A DNA stretch of 64,000 bases from Armatimonadota bacterium (lineage in GTDB: Bacteria > Armatimonadota > Fimbriimonadia > Fimbriimonadales > GBS-DC). A program made the translations under genes and the position numbers. The stretch spans positions 4,808 to 68,807 of the forward strand of contig JAUQOS010000002.1 of assembly GCA_030550775.1 (NCBI GenBank), in the 5' to 3' direction. Below, piece by piece: positions 36,560 to 44,973 of this stretch. How positions within the stretch are numbered: position 1 is the first letter of the stretch; every line of letters begins with the position of its first letter. The notes beneath the pieces were generated by a model that was given only the letters and a program-made list of their open reading frames with translations, had not been told where the DNA came from and made no database searches.

Positions 36560-37057
36560 GTGTATCAGGAGCTTGCCGCACAGGATACACGCGCGCTACC
36601 GCGCGTAGCGCATTATTGCACTGTGGGGGCAGGCGTAGGTGTTTCCGCGTTCGAACTGCTCTCGTTTGACCGTGCTCTCAGACAAGCGGGCTTTGCCGAC
36701 TACAACCTGCTGCGTGTCTCCAGCATCTTGCCGCCTGGCGTGCAGCCACGCGCCGTGTTGGAAGTGCCAAAGGGTGCGTTGCTGCCCACTGCCTACGGAG
36801 TGTTCAGCTCTCGCGAAGAGGGGCGTGTGATCGCAGCAGCGGTCTCACTGGCGTTTCCGACCGACCCACGCGCCGTCGGCGTTATTATGGAAACGGAAGG
36901 GTATATGACCGAGCAGGAAGCGCGCGAGGCGGTTGCCGCGATGGCGGAAGAAGCGATGGAAGACCGCAACCTGCGTATCGCCCGCTTGGAGATAGTATCT
37001 GCCGCCGCTACAGTGGAGCTGTACACGACGGTGTTTGCGGGTGTGGCTTTGTGGTAG
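36560..37057 (+). CDS. pdaD: Pyruvoyl-dependent arginine decarboxylase
   Basis: 165 aa. ..GVSAFELLSFD.AL..AG..DYNLLRVSSILPPG is the PdaD family pattern, including the self-cleavage region. GTG start after AAAGGAGG. Confidence 0.82.
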   Translation: MYQELAAQDTRALPRVAHYCTVGAGVGVSAFELLSFDRALRQAGFADYNLLRVSSILPPGVQPRAVLEVPKGALLPTAYGVFSSREEGRVIAAAVSLAFPTDPRAVGVIMETEGYMTEQEAREAVAAMAEEAMEDRNLRIARLEIVSAAATVELYTTVFAGVALW

Positions 37058-37059
37058 GG

Positions 37060-37974
37060 CTACTGCGCGGCACGGCGCGCTAACTCCTCAAACTGCAACG
37101 CCACATCTGCCACCACCGAACGCAGGTCCGAGAGCAACGGCAGCTGCGCACGGGCAATCGCCACATCATCCAAATCAAGGGGCACCACAATCAGCGCCTC
37201 TTGGTTGACGGGACCACGCGCCATCACCTTGCCAAAGGGGTCTACTATCCACGACGCCCCGACAAAGCCCTTGCCGCCCTCGAAGCCGACCAAGCTGGAT
37301 TGCACCACATAGATGGTGTGCTCGCCAGCGATTTGGGTGAGCATGCGACGGTAAGTCTCCACATTTTCAATCTGCTCGGATTGGAACCCGCGCGCGGGTG
37401 ATGCCGTAGGCACATACAGCACCTGCGCCCCCTTCAGCGCAACAATCGCACTGGTAATGGAATGCCATACATCCTCGCATATAAGAATGGCTGCCCGCCC
37501 AAAGCGCGTTGGAAACACATCCAGCCGCCTGCCACGTGCCACAAACCGCTCCTCCTCAAACACACCGTAGGTGGGCAGGAAAAACTTCTGATGCACGTGC
37601 ACCAAGCGCGACTGTGCAGGTTCTGGCTCTAAAGTTGCATACAAAGCCGAGTTAAAGTACTCGCCGTCCAAGTACTCATAAAAGCCCACACAGATATCCA
37701 AAGAGCGGTCAGGCTGAAGGTCTGCATAGAGGCAGGCGAGATCCGACAGCAGATGCGTGGCGGGCATCGCTAACTCGCGCACGCCACCTTCAATAAAGTA
37801 GCCCGTAGTCGCAGTCTCAGGCAGCACCAGCACATCCACACCTTCCTGCAGTGATTGCTGCATCAACTGCCCGATCCGCTCCAAGTTGCGCGCGTACTGA
37901 CCTTTTGTGGGCTTGAACTGCCCAACGCCTACAGTAAACCGCCGTTGAATACCTTCTATGTGATGGATTGGCAT
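37060..37974 (-). CDS. Carbon-nitrogen hydrolase family protein, putative glutaminase partner of NadE
   Basis: 304 aa. Nitrilase-superfamily pattern: VLVLPE (Glu), F..K.. (Lys), AILICEDVWH (Cys). Lies downstream of nadE on the same strand. Confidence 0.75.
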   Translation of the reverse strand: MPIHHIEGIQRRFTVGVGQFKPTKGQYARNLERIGQLMQQSLQEGVDVLVLPETATTGYFIEGGVRELAMPATHLLSDLACLYADLQPDRSLDICVGFYEYLDGEYFNSALYATLEPEPAQSRLVHVHQKFFLPTYGVFEEERFVARGRRLDVFPTRFGRAAILICEDVWHSITSAIVALKGAQVLYVPTASPARGFQSEQIENVETYRRMLTQIAGEHTIYVVQSSLVGFEGGKGFVGASWIVDPFGKVMARGPVNQEALIVVPLDLDDVAIARAQLPLLSDLRSVVADVALQFEELARRAAQ

Positions 37975-38042
37975 AGCTGTCTCACAAATTTGAAAGGCGC
38001 GGTTGCCACGCCTTTACTTTCAGCGGCTTAGTGGTTATAAGT

Positions 38043-38082
38043 GTCCGCGTCTCGCGGACGGGCTGTCGGCGAGAACGCCGAC
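38043..38082. other. Two adjacent perfect 7-bp GC hairpins in the nadE/CN-hydrolase spacer
   Basis: GTCCGCG-TCT-CGCGGAC (38043-38059) and GTCGGCG-AGAA-CGCCGAC (38065-38082). The second stem is identical to a hairpin at 61776-61793. Confidence 0.5.
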
Positions 38083-38227
38083 ACTACGTGCAAGCCCGCG
38101 CAGGCAGACTGGACGCGCACGAGCACGAAATTATCCAAGCGCGCACTACACGGGTCAAAAGCGTTCCTACACATACAACGCCAGCCCACATCGGCTTGAG
38201 TTTGTTGACCTCCTCGCAAACGCTGCG

Positions 38228-39103
38228 CTAAAAGTCCACTGGACGCAGGTAATACTCACCGATAGCCGTGGTAGAAAGCATCGCCACAGTGGGCAAGTGC
38301 CGCTTCCAGTGGGTACTGTCTACCTTATTTTTGACCAGATAGACATCAGAAGCGGGAAAGCCCATCTCTATCAGTCGCTCCGGGGAATAGCCCAGCGTGA
38401 GATAGTGTAAGATTCGGTCAGCACGCTGATATGAAATACCAAAATCGCCCTCATCCGTTTGTCCAACGATAAGATCAGCAGAAGCAGGCTTTTCCACGAT
38501 TACTTCTGGCACGCCCACATAGCGCGCCAGCTGCCACACTTGGGTCTTGAACAAATCGCCCAGCGGGTTCACTGGGGGTGAGTCGTCGGCGTGCCAAGTG
38601 AAGTAGCCAAACAGCCGCTCGCTTTTGTTGCCTGTGCCGATTGGCAGCGCGTTCAGCTTTGCCGACTGGTCGAACAGGATAATCATTCGCATGCGGGCGC
38701 AGATATTACCGATGCGCGTGGGGCTTGCATCGGGCTCAAAATGTTCAATATAAGCGTCCACCATCGGCGTGATCTCAATAATGCGGTGGTGGATGCCCAG
38801 CTCGTTGACCACTAGCATGCCGTGTTCCAGCGATTCGGGGCTGCTGGTTTTGTAAGGCATAAGGAAGCCATACACATTCTCCGCACCAAAGGCGCGCGCG
38901 CACAGGTAGGCTACCAGCGACGAGTCCACACCGCCTGACAGCCCAACTACAACTTTGTGGAAGCCGCGACGTCGACGAACCTCGTCGCGCAGAAACTCCA
39001 CCAGCCACTCGGCGACCAGCGGCGCGTTGATGCGCAGCGGCTCATCCGAGTTCGGGTCATAAATAGTTGGTTTCAACACAGGGAAAGTTTGCATTGGAAT
39101 CAC
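38228..39103 (-). CDS. nadE: NAD+ synthetase (single-domain NadE)
   Basis: 291 aa. The VVGLSGGVDSSLVA PP-loop and overall colinearity match NadE. The start overlaps the thiO stop (GTGA); ATG at 39094 is an alternative. Confidence 0.88.
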   Translation of the reverse strand: MIPMQTFPVLKPTIYDPNSDEPLRINAPLVAEWLVEFLRDEVRRRRGFHKVVVGLSGGVDSSLVAYLCARAFGAENVYGFLMPYKTSSPESLEHGMLVVNELGIHHRIIEITPMVDAYIEHFEPDASPTRIGNICARMRMIILFDQSAKLNALPIGTGNKSERLFGYFTWHADDSPPVNPLGDLFKTQVWQLARYVGVPEVIVEKPASADLIVGQTDEGDFGISYQRADRILHYLTLGYSPERLIEMGFPASDVYLVKNKVDSTHWKRHLPTVAMLSTTAIGEYYLRPVDF

Positions 39104-40203
39104 CTCGTGAAACGGTTGGGGTCAAATGGCGCAATCGGCAGATTCGTGCTGCCGTTCAGTACAAGATCGGCGATGACTTGCGCAGTGGCCGGAGCCATCA
39201 GGATGCCGTGATAGGCGTGTCCTGCAGCCGCATACAGCCCTTGATAGCCATTGACAACGCCAATGTAAGGGTTGTGGTCAGGGGTGTCGGGGCGCAAACC
39301 AACCGTGTGCCCCACGAGAGTGGCGTGCAAGAGGCTTGGCGCGATACGTGCAAGCGACTGCGTAAGGTGTGCGTAGCCCTCAGCGGTAGCGCGCATATCG
39401 TAGCCCGCTTGCTCGCGTGTTGCCCCCAACACGGCGGTACCATCGGCACGCGGAACGATGTAGCCCATCGGCGTGGAAAGAATGCGCCCCACAGGGATGG
39501 GCAGGTCGCTGAGCACCAAGATTTGCCCGCGCACCGGTTCGGTGGGTGCGCGAACGCCCAGCGGCTGCAGCAACGCACCTGCCCACGCCCCAGCCGCAAT
39601 CACCACCGCGTCGCCTTGAACTAACCCGTGTGCCGTACGCACACCACGCACCTGCGTACCCCGAATCTCAACAGACAGGGCAGGAGACGCAGCGTATAAG
39701 TTTACACCCTCAACTTGCACGGCACGGTGCAACGCGCGCATCAAGCGTGGCGTATGTACCCAGCCCTCGTTCGGCAGCCACAACGCTTCGGAAACTTCAG
39801 GGTGCAAAGCTGGCTCCAAGCGACGCGCTTCTGCACCGCTGATCAGCTGCACGCTGGGGTCATAACGGCGAATCCACTCCGAATTCGCGCGCAGTTGGTC
39901 GGCATCGGCGGGAGTAAGGGCAGCGCGGATAGTGCCGTTGACCCGCCACTCGGGGTCAATGCCAGTGCGCTCGCGCAACTGGGCTACCCATGCGGGATAC
40001 ATTTGGAAGCTTTGCCAATAAAATTCCACAGCAGGGGAATCGTTCGGCGTGAGGCTGAACGGGTTGACCATGCCCGCGGAGGCTGCCGAAGTGTGTCCGC
40101 CTTCAGCGTTGCTTTCAATCAGCGCCACGCTGGCGCCGCGCAGGCGCAACTCCAACGCGATAGCCGTGCCGATAACGCCTGCACCAATAACGATGGCGCG
40201 CAT
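39100..40203 (-). CDS. thiO: Glycine oxidase / FAD-dependent oxidoreductase (ThiO-like)
   Basis: 367 aa. MRAIVIGAGVIGTAIALEL dinucleotide-binding motif and DAO family layout. Sits immediately downstream of thiS. Confidence 0.75.
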   Translation of the reverse strand: MRAIVIGAGVIGTAIALELRLRGASVALIESNAEGGHTSAASAGMVNPFSLTPNDSPAVEFYWQSFQMYPAWVAQLRERTGIDPEWRVNGTIRAALTPADADQLRANSEWIRRYDPSVQLISGAEARRLEPALHPEVSEALWLPNEGWVHTPRLMRALHRAVQVEGVNLYAASPALSVEIRGTQVRGVRTAHGLVQGDAVVIAAGAWAGALLQPLGVRAPTEPVRGQILVLSDLPIPVGRILSTPMGYIVPRADGTAVLGATREQAGYDMRATAEGYAHLTQSLARIAPSLLHATLVGHTVGLRPDTPDHNPYIGVVNGYQGLYAAAGHAYHGILMAPATAQVIADLVLNGSTNLPIAPFDPNRFTR

Positions 40204-40205
40204 GG

Positions 40206-40406
40206 TTAGCCTCCTGCGGTCATCTGCACAATCTCGAGGTTGTCGCCTTCTTGAAGCACAATCTCGCCGTAGCGTTCACGGGGCACAATTTCGTAGTTGT
40301 ACTCCACCACAACCACACGGGGGTCAATGCCGCGCTCCTGAAGCAGCTGCAGCACGGTCATCGGTTCAGGCAGTTCGCGTTCCGCGCCGTTGATGCGCAC
40401 TCGCAT
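40206..40406 (-). CDS. thiS: Sulfur carrier protein ThiS
   Basis: 66 aa, MRVRINGAERELPEP.TVLQLL......VVVEYN.EIVPR......L.EGD.LEIV..TAGG with a C-terminal GG. The longer track ORF (to 40634) was rejected. Confidence 0.85.
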   Translation of the reverse strand: MRVRINGAERELPEPMTVLQLLQERGIDPRVVVVEYNYEIVPRERYGEIVLQEGDNLEIVQMTAGG

Positions 40407-40415
40407 TCCAATACG

Positions 40416-40421
40416 ATTATA
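40416..40421 (-). promoter_or_regulatory. -10 TATAAT, 9 nt upstream of the thiS ATG (possible leaderless operon start)
   Basis: Minus strand reads TGTTGGGTATAATCGTATTGGAATG with no SD. Only 55 bp separate thiS from the divergent nuoM. Confidence 0.45.
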
Positions 40422-40461
40422 CCCAACACAGGGTAGGGGGAACTCAGGTACAATTGCCCCG

Positions 40462-41991
40462 ATGGACAGCCTAAACCTGGTACTGAGCTGGACACTGTGG
40501 ATGCCCGCGATTGGGGCGTTGCTGTTGGTGGTTGTGCCAAAGGGGCAGGAGTTGATAGCGCGTGCGGTTGCGCTCACCATCGCCCTCATCACGCTGGGGA
40601 TGGCAGGCGTGTTGCTAATTGGCTTTGACCCCACCGCCGCCGGCTACCAGTTCGTGGAGCGATTTGCTTGGCTCCCCGATTACGGGGTGAGCTACTACTT
40701 AGGGATTGACGGTGTCAGCATCTGGCTGGTGGGGCTAACGGCTTTACTGAGCGTGTTGGCAATCGCGCTCTCATTTGGTATCCAAGAGCGCGTGCGCGAA
40801 TTCCTGATTTGGATGTTGGTGTTGGAAACCGCCCTGCTGGGCGTGTTTATGGCGTTGGATGTGATTTTGTTTTACGTGTTTTTTGAGTTGACGCTCGTGC
40901 CTGCGTATTTTCTGATTAGCGTATGGGGTGGGCGTGACCGCGCGGCAGCTGCGCTCAAGTTTTTCCTGTACACCTTCTTCGGCTCGCTGTTTATGCTAAT
41001 AGCATCGTTGGTGCTGGCGTTTGAGTATCAGAAGGTGTTTGGGGCGCTGACCTTTGAGTTGCCGCGCCTACAGGCATTCGTGCTGGAGCGCGGGCTGCCG
41101 GGCGACCTTGAGACTTGGCTGTTTTGGGGGTTCGTGCTGGCGTTCACAGTGAAGCTACCCTTAGTGCCGTTACACACGTGGTGGCCCCAGGCGATGGGCG
41201 CGGCACCCCTGCCGCTGTTGGTGGTGTTCCTGAAAACGGGTGCGTATGGGTTGATGCGCTTCGCCATACCGATGTTTCCTGACGCGGCGCAGGCGTTTGC
41301 ACCGATTATGGTAGCGCTGGGAGCAATCGCGATCGTGTATGGCGCCATCGTAGCGGTGATGCAGAGCGAGATGAGGCGCGTTGCGCTCTACGCAGTAGTG
41401 AGCCACGCAGGGTTCATCGTAATGGGGCTATTTTCGCTGACACCAGAGGGGTTTGTGGGCAGTGTGCTGCAGCAGCTCAATCACGGCATTACGATGGGAG
41501 CGATGTTCCTATTGCTGGGGCTGCTGGAGTTGCGCACGCGCACGCTGCAGATCGCCGAGCTGGGCGGGCTGAAACAACAAATGCCCCTCTTTTCCGCGCT
41601 GTTTTTGATTGTGATGCTGGCTTCCGTCGCGCTGCCGGGGACCAACAACTTTGTGGGCGAGTTCTTGTGCTTGCTAGGTGCCTATCGCTCTGCCCACGCA
41701 GGAATCTACCCAATAGGATGGGTTGTACTGGGTGTCGCGGGCACAGTGCTGGCAGCGGTGTACATGCTGTGGATGTTCCAGCGCGTGTTTTACGGTCCTG
41801 TGCCGTCGCGTTGGCGCGAGTTGCCAGATTTGCGCCCTGCGGAGTTGGCTTTGGTGCTGCCGCTGGTGGTGCTGATTTTCTGGCTGGGGGTGCGCCCTGC
41901 GCCCTTCACCCGCGCGATGGAGCAGGTGGCATTGCAGTGGGCACAGCCCTACGCGGCGGCGCCTGCGCAAACGGTGCAGGCAAAACCCTGA
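40462..41991 (+). CDS. nuoM: NADH-quinone oxidoreductase subunit M family (PF00361 proton-conducting antiporter-like subunit)
   Basis: 509 aa and about 14 TM. LPLVPLHTWWPQAMGAAP..FLKTGAYGLMRF corresponds to the NuoM/ND4 HTWLPDAH..LLKLGGYG region, with substitutions. No other nuo genes are adjacent. Confidence 0.78.
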   Translation: MDSLNLVLSWTLWMPAIGALLLVVVPKGQELIARAVALTIALITLGMAGVLLIGFDPTAAGYQFVERFAWLPDYGVSYYLGIDGVSIWLVGLTALLSVLAIALSFGIQERVREFLIWMLVLETALLGVFMALDVILFYVFFELTLVPAYFLISVWGGRDRAAAALKFFLYTFFGSLFMLIASLVLAFEYQKVFGALTFELPRLQAFVLERGLPGDLETWLFWGFVLAFTVKLPLVPLHTWWPQAMGAAPLPLLVVFLKTGAYGLMRFAIPMFPDAAQAFAPIMVALGAIAIVYGAIVAVMQSEMRRVALYAVVSHAGFIVMGLFSLTPEGFVGSVLQQLNHGITMGAMFLLLGLLELRTRTLQIAELGGLKQQMPLFSALFLIVMLASVALPGTNNFVGEFLCLLGAYRSAHAGIYPIGWVVLGVAGTVLAAVYMLWMFQRVFYGPVPSRWRELPDLRPAELALVLPLVVLIFWLGVRPAPFTRAMEQVALQWAQPYAAAPAQTVQAKP

Positions 41992-42004
41992 GCCATGGTG
42001 TAAA

Positions 42005-42032
42005 AGCGGGCAGCCCTTGCAAGCTGCCCGCT
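42005..42032. terminator. Hairpin terminator between convergent nuoM and the yeeE-like genes
   Basis: AGCGGGCAGC-8 nt loop-GCTGCCCGCT, a perfect 10-bp stem. On the minus strand it is followed by TTTTA. Confidence 0.6.
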
Positions 42033-42074
42033 CTGCGACGGAACGAGGCGACTTACCAGTCGGTGGTGTGGGGG

Positions 42075-42626
42075 TTAGGACTTCGAAGCTTTCGCTTCCA
42101 AACGGTTCAGCCACACGATAATGCCTACCAACATCGCGGCTACAACCAGCGCGACGGCAAGATAGGGCACACCCAACACCTCATGCAGGGTTAGCTTGCC
42201 TAAGTCCATCGGCTTGATCAGCACGGGTTCTAGGGCAGGGTAGGCAAGGATGAACGCGAACGCGCCTGTTAGCCCACCCAACACCGCAAGCAAACCGTCG
42301 CGGGTGCGCCCGCCCAAGCCTACCAACGCTGTGCCAGGGCAAAAGCCGGCAACCGCCATGCCTACACCGAAAATCAATCCGCCTACGAGCACACCCCACA
42401 CATAAAGCGATTTCACCTTCAGGTGTGCATAGTCGGGCGCGAAAGTCGCCAACACAGCTGCGCCCACCATGCCCACCGAGATAGCCGTCAACATAACTTT
42501 CAACATTGTGAAGTCGCGGAACGCCAGCCCACGCATCACAATACCACATCGGCTAAAACCTGCGCGGTGCAAGGCAAAGCCGAACGCAATCCCTGTGAGA
42601 AGCCCTAAAATCTGTGTGGTTTCCAT
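42075..42626 (-). CDS. YeeE/YedE family sulfur-compound transporter, C-terminal half protein
   Basis: 183 aa, multi-TM. GFALHRAGF and AGFCPGTA motifs of PF04143. Confidence 0.78.
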   Translation of the reverse strand: METTQILGLLTGIAFGFALHRAGFSRCGIVMRGLAFRDFTMLKVMLTAISVGMVGAAVLATFAPDYAHLKVKSLYVWGVLVGGLIFGVGMAVAGFCPGTALVGLGGRTRDGLLAVLGGLTGAFAFILAYPALEPVLIKPMDLGKLTLHEVLGVPYLAVALVVAAMLVGIIVWLNRLEAKASKS

Positions 42627-42628
42627 CG

Positions 42629-43207
42629 CTATTTACCTCCGTAAGAACCGTTCACGCGACGCAGCAGCAGGGTAGCCGTCAACACGCCCGTGGCGAAAGC
42701 GGCAGCACCAAACAGGAATCCGCTCAGCGCCAGTTGCGCAATCCCGCTGAGCATATGTCCAGAGGTGCACCCGCCCGCAAGGCGCGCACCGAACAAAATC
42801 AAGAACCCGCCTACAAAAGCAGCCAAGCTGCGTGACCAGCCTGTGCGGAACAAATTCGGAATATCGCAGGCAGGGGTGCTGCGTCCGCCAGGCAACACAC
42901 TCGACAGGAACGCCCCTAACACCATGCCAAAAACCAGCATTACTTCCCAGCCGATTTTAGCACCGATCTTTTGGAGATACGGCTGCGATTCAGCGAAGCC
43001 GGGCACGATCTTGTCTACGAGCCAGCCAACAAACTGCGGGTACGCTGTGGAGACGCCCAACGGTTGCACCGTGGCGATGGCGAAAATCTGCACCAAGCCG
43101 ATCATCCCACCCCATAACAACCAGGGCGGCACCACAGAGCGCGACGCCGTCGCTATCTCAGGCGTCGCCTGTGCCTGAACACGCGCTTCAACACGCTCCG
43201 TTAGCAT
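42629..43207 (-). CDS. YeeE/YedE family sulfur-compound transporter, N-terminal half protein
   Basis: 192 aa. [13 protein letters not shown] motif. 2-nt gap to the partner gene. GGGAGG SD upstream. Confidence 0.78.
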   Translation of the reverse strand: MLTERVEARVQAQATPEIATASRSVVPPWLLWGGMIGLVQIFAIATVQPLGVSTAYPQFVGWLVDKIVPGFAESQPYLQKIGAKIGWEVMLVFGMVLGAFLSSVLPGGRSTPACDIPNLFRTGWSRSLAAFVGGFLILFGARLAGGCTSGHMLSGIAQLALSGFLFGAAAFATGVLTATLLLRRVNGSYGGK

Positions 43208-43267
43208 GCTTGCGGATACCTCCCATATGCATTAGAGCGGGTGGCGCGACCTTTCGATTCATCCCCT

Positions 43268-43296
43268 TTGGCAAAACAGAGGCATTGGTGTATAAT
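43268..43296 (+). promoter_or_regulatory. Sigma70-like promoter TTGGCA-17 nt-TATAAT
   Basis: TTGGCA at 43268-43273 and TATAAT at 43291-43296, followed by GGAGG SD and the ATG at 43316. Confidence 0.55.
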
Positions 43297-43315
43297 ACAG
43301 CACGGAGGTAACAAG

Positions 43316-44218
43316 ATGCGTACTCAGCACAAAGGATTCACCCTAATCGAGCTGCTTGTTGTGATTGCGATCATCGCTATCTTGGCAGCGATTTTATTCC
43401 CAGTGTTTTCGCAGGCGCGTGAGAAGGCCAGGCAGACCCAGTGCTTGTCGAACCTGCGTCAAAACATCCAATCGGTGCTGATGTATGTGAACGATTACGA
43501 CACGACCTACCCGCGCGGGATTAGCGGCGAGGGGACTTTGATTATTCATCTGTTCGACTTGCTACACCCCTACCGCAAGGGCGCGGAGATACTTACTTGC
43601 CCATCGTATCCTAACGAGAACGGTGGGATGGACTGGCCAGGGCGGTTGCGAGCCCGCAACTCCGCAAACCGCAGCATGGGCACTTTCCGCTACTTTGCCT
43701 ATGTGCCTAACTACGGTGTTTTCAGCCTAAATACATGCCGCATCTCCACAATCGGCTATCGGAGGGAGGGCAAGCTCATTACTGAAGCGTATGTCCCGCG
43801 CCCTGCCGACACAATCGCGCTTGTAGATGGCTACTGGTACTACAACGCGGGCACTTATTGGTTCGAGTATTGGTTCAAAATAGACATCTGGCCCCGCCAC
43901 CATCTGGGCAGCAACATTGCCTACTTGGATGGGCATGTGAAGTGGTCACACCATCTTGGCATCCCGCGCGGTGGTGAAATCCCGCAAGCGTGGCGACAGA
44001 CCTTCTCGGGCGTGTGCCCGCAGCGCAACACAAACACCTACTACTTCTTTAACTATCCGCCGGGCTGGGCAAACCGCACGCCTAAGAGCGAAGGTGAGTT
44101 CAACACCGTCAACCCGCACGGGCAATGCTTCGGCGACTTCTTTGGCATTCCAGACACGCCTGTGGTAAATGTGTGTGAGCGCTCGTGCGGCTCTACAACT
44201 ACACCGCTGTGCTGGTGA
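43316..44218 (+). CDS. Prepilin-type N-terminal cleavage/methylation domain protein (DUF1559 / H-X9-DG type pseudopilin)
   Basis: 300 aa. [32 protein letters not shown]...C.SNLRQ is the class signature. [16 protein letters not shown] is the H-X9-DG motif. Confidence 0.85.
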   Translation: MRTQHKGFTLIELLVVIAIIAILAAILFPVFSQAREKARQTQCLSNLRQNIQSVLMYVNDYDTTYPRGISGEGTLIIHLFDLLHPYRKGAEILTCPSYPNENGGMDWPGRLRARNSANRSMGTFRYFAYVPNYGVFSLNTCRISTIGYRREGKLITEAYVPRPADTIALVDGYWYYNAGTYWFEYWFKIDIWPRHHLGSNIAYLDGHVKWSHHLGIPRGGEIPQAWRQTFSGVCPQRNTNTYYFFNYPPGWANRTPKSEGEFNTVNPHGQCFGDFFGIPDTPVVNVCERSCGSTTTPLCW

Positions 44219-44289
44219 GATAGGTATAATACACCGCATGGATGGAATCCCCCCATCCATGCGACATACCTAACACAAGGAGGGTTTGT

Positions 44290-44814
44290 ATGATGCGCAA
44301 GGGACTGTTGTATCTGGCGACAGTCGCGCTGGTAGGGACGCTGGCGCTAACGGTGCCAGCCTCAGCGCAAGAAACGGAGCAGCTAAGCTTTACGCTCAGC
44401 GCAGGGGCATTCTTCCCCAGCGAGAAGCGCGTGCGCCGTGCCTCCGAAGACACCTGGTTTAGCGTCGAGTTGGGCTACAAGCTCCAAACCAGCGAACCGA
44501 ACGAGCGTGGCTACTACTACGACTTGGGCGTGTCGGTAGGGTATCGCGGTACAGGGAACAACTATTACATCCCCGTGCACGCCACAATCACTGGCTACCT
44601 CAACGAACAGTTCTTCTACCGCGCCGGAGCAGGAGTGGGCTTCCCGAAAAAGGGGCGCGTGTTCACTGCCGATGACGCCTCGTTCTCCTACTCCATCGAG
44701 GTGGGCTACAACTTCAACGCAGGAACCACGCCCGTGGCCCTCACGGTGGGCTACGCAGGCATCGCGCGCAATACTGTCAACGGACTGACTGTCGGTCTCT
44801 TGGTGCGCTTCTGA
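44290..44814 (+). CDS. Small outer-membrane beta-barrel protein (OmpW/OMP_b-brl-like)
   Basis: 174 aa with a signal peptide ..LTVPASAQ. Alternating-hydrophobic strands and a terminal ..GLLVRF. AAGGAGGG SD upstream. Confidence 0.62.
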   Translation: MMRKGLLYLATVALVGTLALTVPASAQETEQLSFTLSAGAFFPSEKRVRRASEDTWFSVELGYKLQTSEPNERGYYYDLGVSVGYRGTGNNYYIPVHATITGYLNEQFFYRAGAGVGFPKKGRVFTADDASFSYSIEVGYNFNAGTTPVALTVGYAGIARNTVNGLTVGLLVRF

Positions 44815-44840
44815 ACTGGGACGACCGCTCCTAAGACACG

Positions 44841-44879
44841 AAAAAATCCCCCGCTCTCAGATGAGCAGGGGGATTTTTC
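44841..44879 (+). terminator. Rho-independent terminator
   Basis: AAAAAATCCCCCGCTC-loop-GAGCAGGGGGATTTTT. A GC stem with a flanking A run and T run, so it could act in both directions. Confidence 0.72.
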
Positions 44880-44973
44880 ATCAGGAAGGAAGGTACTCTC
44901 CATGCAATAAGACGCAATTCGGTTCCAAAAGCGGACAGCTGGGCACGAAACCTTGTCGAAATACCCGCGTCTA

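Noticed and set aside
37975-38227. Possible tRNA, tmRNA, SRP or 6S RNA gene in the 253-bp spacer. All other intergenic regions longer than 80 bp were also scanned for tRNA T-loop GGTTCGAATCC-like boxes.
   Set aside because: I found no T-loop/D-loop consensus, no SRP domain IV motif and no tmRNA tag frame by eye. The hairpins alone are insufficient for such a call. The region is left as an unassigned structured spacer to be tested with covariance models.
38003-38410. 135-aa plus-strand ORF spanning the nadE/CN-hydrolase spacer and the nadE 3' end.
   Set aside because: It overlaps nadE antisense, has no SD, and has Arg-rich composition. The spacer is better explained as structured non-coding sequence.
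40407-40520. TPP riboswitch upstream of thiS.
   Set aside because: Only 55 bp of intergenic space is available. The minus-strand sequence contains ACCTGAG but lacks the CTGAGA and GATCTGGATAATGCCAGCG-type cores. A TATAAT lies 9 nt from the ATG, which leaves no room for an aptamer.
40206-40634. 142-aa version of the thiS ORF, and the 40390 start of nuoM, which would overlap each other.
   Set aside because: ThiS family proteins are about 66 aa and the conserved sequence starts at MRVRING (40406). NuoM homology starts at MDSLNLVLSW (40462). The extensions have no homology and collide head-on.
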